A stretch of DNA of 44,326 bases from Candidatus Omnitrophota bacterium (GTDB lineage Bacteria; Omnitrophota; Gorgyraeia; Gygaellales; Profunditerraquicolaceae): contig JBFMBZ010000081.1 of the NCBI GenBank assembly GCA_040754615.1, positions 1 through 44,326 of the forward strand, given 5' to 3'. Below are positions 39,001 through 42,000 of this stretch, piece by piece; positions within the stretch are counted from its first letter, which is position 1, and every line of letters begins with the position of its first letter. The notes beneath the pieces were generated by a model that worked only from the letters and a program-made list of their open reading frames with translations, did not search any database and had not been told where the DNA came from. The translations under genes and the position numbers were made by a program.

Positions 39001-42000
39001 TAAGCCAAGTTCCTCTAACTCTTCGTAGCTAAATATCTCCCAGCTGCCATTTTTATCCTTGAAAACAGTAAATTTCCCCGGCAAAGGCAGGGCTATGGAA
39101 TCAATATCTACGGGATTATGCTTAATATATTCTTGGGCTTCCTGCCTGGAATTAAACTGTAAGCCCCTTGACCAGGGCTCGAGTTGGTCAAATGAGCCTA
39201 ACCTTATATTCTGGGCGGAAGTAAGGCCCTGCGCGCGGATAACCAAATGCTGCCTGATTAGCTCGCGGATAAAAGAGTAGGCATTATAATAATGCCTGGT
39301 GTCGGGGTCAAAATCCATCCCCCTTAAAGATACAAGCTTATCCAGCGCCGTTAAGAAAACCGAGGAATTAAATTCGGTATTACTGAACACGTATCCGAAA
39401 TGGAGTTGCGCAATGATTTTATTTATGTGTATATTGGTGCGGCTTGATTCAAGGATGGTTTCAGCCTGAAGGATATGCCAATGCAGCCTTTCTTCCCGCG
39501 AAGGTACATTGACATCTTCATAAGCGTTGATATAGGAGATGAAAGAAAACTTGCCATTTTTATTTTTTATCGCTTTAGATAGGAATCTTTTAATATTGGG
39601 TTCTTCACCCGTGATTTTCCAGGCATAAATTACCCTGAATAATTCTCTAACAGCAAACGAAGGGGCTATTTTATCTATTTCAACCTCTATCATAGGAGGA
39701 GAGCGCGACTTTTCATTGGTAATATGGGCATTCTCATGCAGGATCCCCTCCAGAATAATTGATAAGAGCTGCCTTTTTTCTTCTTCATCAAGAGAGGCAT
39801 AAACCTCTGCTAATTTGTCAAAATAAATCCCGACCATGTATGTAACCATGCGCTGCCTGCTGGGGTGCATCACAGTATCCAGCAGCTCATTTATATTTGC
39901 ATCCAATAGAACTACATCCAAATCGCAAATCTTGCTTTGGGATTTAAGGCGCTCTATCTGGAAAACCAGATCTTTATAAAACTGGCTTTGCGCACCAATC
40001 TTCTGTATGGCAGACCATTTAGCAGTCCGGGGGATATCCCTTAACAGGCTCTTTACCCTGTCCTCTTTTATTAATTCTTCAATACGGTGGTTAATAAAAT
40101 CATGCTCATCTCCGCTTAGCCATCCTCCCTGTAGGCGTATAGCGCCGCCTACCGGGCTGGAGGATATGGCTTTTAGCCTTCTTTCTGCTTTGCTGCGGCT
40201 GAAATAAGTTTCCTTGCCAAATACCCTGATTAATCCGTTTTTCATTTCTTTAAGCGGGTGCATAGTCAAAAGGCCAAGCCCGTTAATCCAGGTTCTCTGC
40301 CCGTCTTTTTCAACAATAAATTTAAATTCATGCCCCCTTGCGTCGGGCTCAAGTTGCGCTGCCGGCACAATAACTGCGTATCTGCCGGGAACTATTTCTT
40401 CAGTAACTAAGGCATTGTGCTCCCAATCAGTAAAGTCAGCCGCAAGATATACCTTTGCCTCCTCCTTAGCCCTACAATGGAAAAGCATCCCCTCTTCTAT
40501 CTCAGAATTTGCCCTGAATCTCAAAAGCGCTTTATAAAGCGGGTTAATACTTATACCGGTTAAATCTTCAGGATAAATCTCTTCTCCCAAGGCAGCCAAG
40601 GCTTCTTCAAAGACTCTGTTTTCCAGCTCCCCTAATACGTCTTCGCTTATCCCTAAAATATCCAACGCATCTTTGCGCGAAGAAATTCCAAGCTTACGTA
40701 ATAAATTATACTGGGCTTCACTTACAATAAGCAGCGCATCATTATAATAGATAGGATCCTCCGTATAGTATTGGTGCAATTTTCCGTTTCTGGAGATAAG
40801 GTAACCGTATGACTGCACTCCGGATATTACAAAAACATGCCACTGTATGCGTTCAGTGGGCAATATCACAAAAACATAGTGCCCATAAGGCGGCAATTTT
40901 TCTATGTCCATCCCCGGGAAATTTCCCGCCCTTGCCCATAAATAATCATTCGTTACGCTGGTCACCGGGAAATTTAAGCGCGCATTCTTGCCTTTTCTGG
41001 AATTGAGGGTTTCTTTACTTTTCTCGCAAAACAGGCTTGCTATGCCGGCATAACCGATATTTCTTAAAACCAAACCCACGCCCTCGCATTTGATTTTGCG
41101 CTCTTTATAATCAACATAATCCATCCACCATTCATACACTGCGAAGCCCTGCCTGCTGTCATAGGCAACCAACTTATACATCTGAGCGCCCATAATAGGG
41201 TTATTCACTAATATTTTTTCTTGTAGTTTTTTCTGATCGAGCGCCAAAGTTAAGATTAATTCATTTTCTTCTCCAACTTCCCTGCATAACCAGTGCCATT
41301 CTGAACTCACAAAATGCCCCATCTCCAGCATGATTCTCTCTCCGCTTAGCTGGTTAGTCAGAGTAATTTTCTCCCCCTTCTCCCACTGTCTATCAAAAGA
41401 ACGCTTGCCTATCGGACTGCCGGCCTCTTTAGCATTTATCCCAATCAAAGTAAGCAGGCTTGACTCATGTTCATCCATGGTGCCTGTATGCAAGCTCTGG
41501 ACCAATCTTTCTTTATGATTATAGCAAGATGCAATAATAGTAGAACCGTACAAAGCCCATTCAAATTCTTCTCTGCTAAGGAAGCTGCGATAATAACTTT
41601 CTCCGGTAGAAAGGTCCGTTACCCGGATCATGCCGTCTTCCCTCCTGGTATCTTTGTAAAGCCGGTAATAAAAATCATCTGTAGATTTACTCACGATGAA
41701 TATAAATCCCCATGGCCTTACTACTCTTTGAATCTCTGCTATGATTTTCTTTAATTTCCCGACACTAAAATAATGCACTCCCAGGCGTATATATACAGCG
41801 TCAAAGGAATTATCTTCAAAAGGCAGTCTCTGTGCCATATCAATGGCCTGCGCGCTGATATCAATCCCCTGCTTTTTAGCCTGGTTAAGGACGAATTCTG
41901 CCTTCTCCCTGGTTTTGTCTGAGGCAACCACCTTAAACCCTTCTCTTGCTAAAAACAGCTCATCCGCCCCTTCGCCGCTGGCAAGAGATAATATGTCGTT

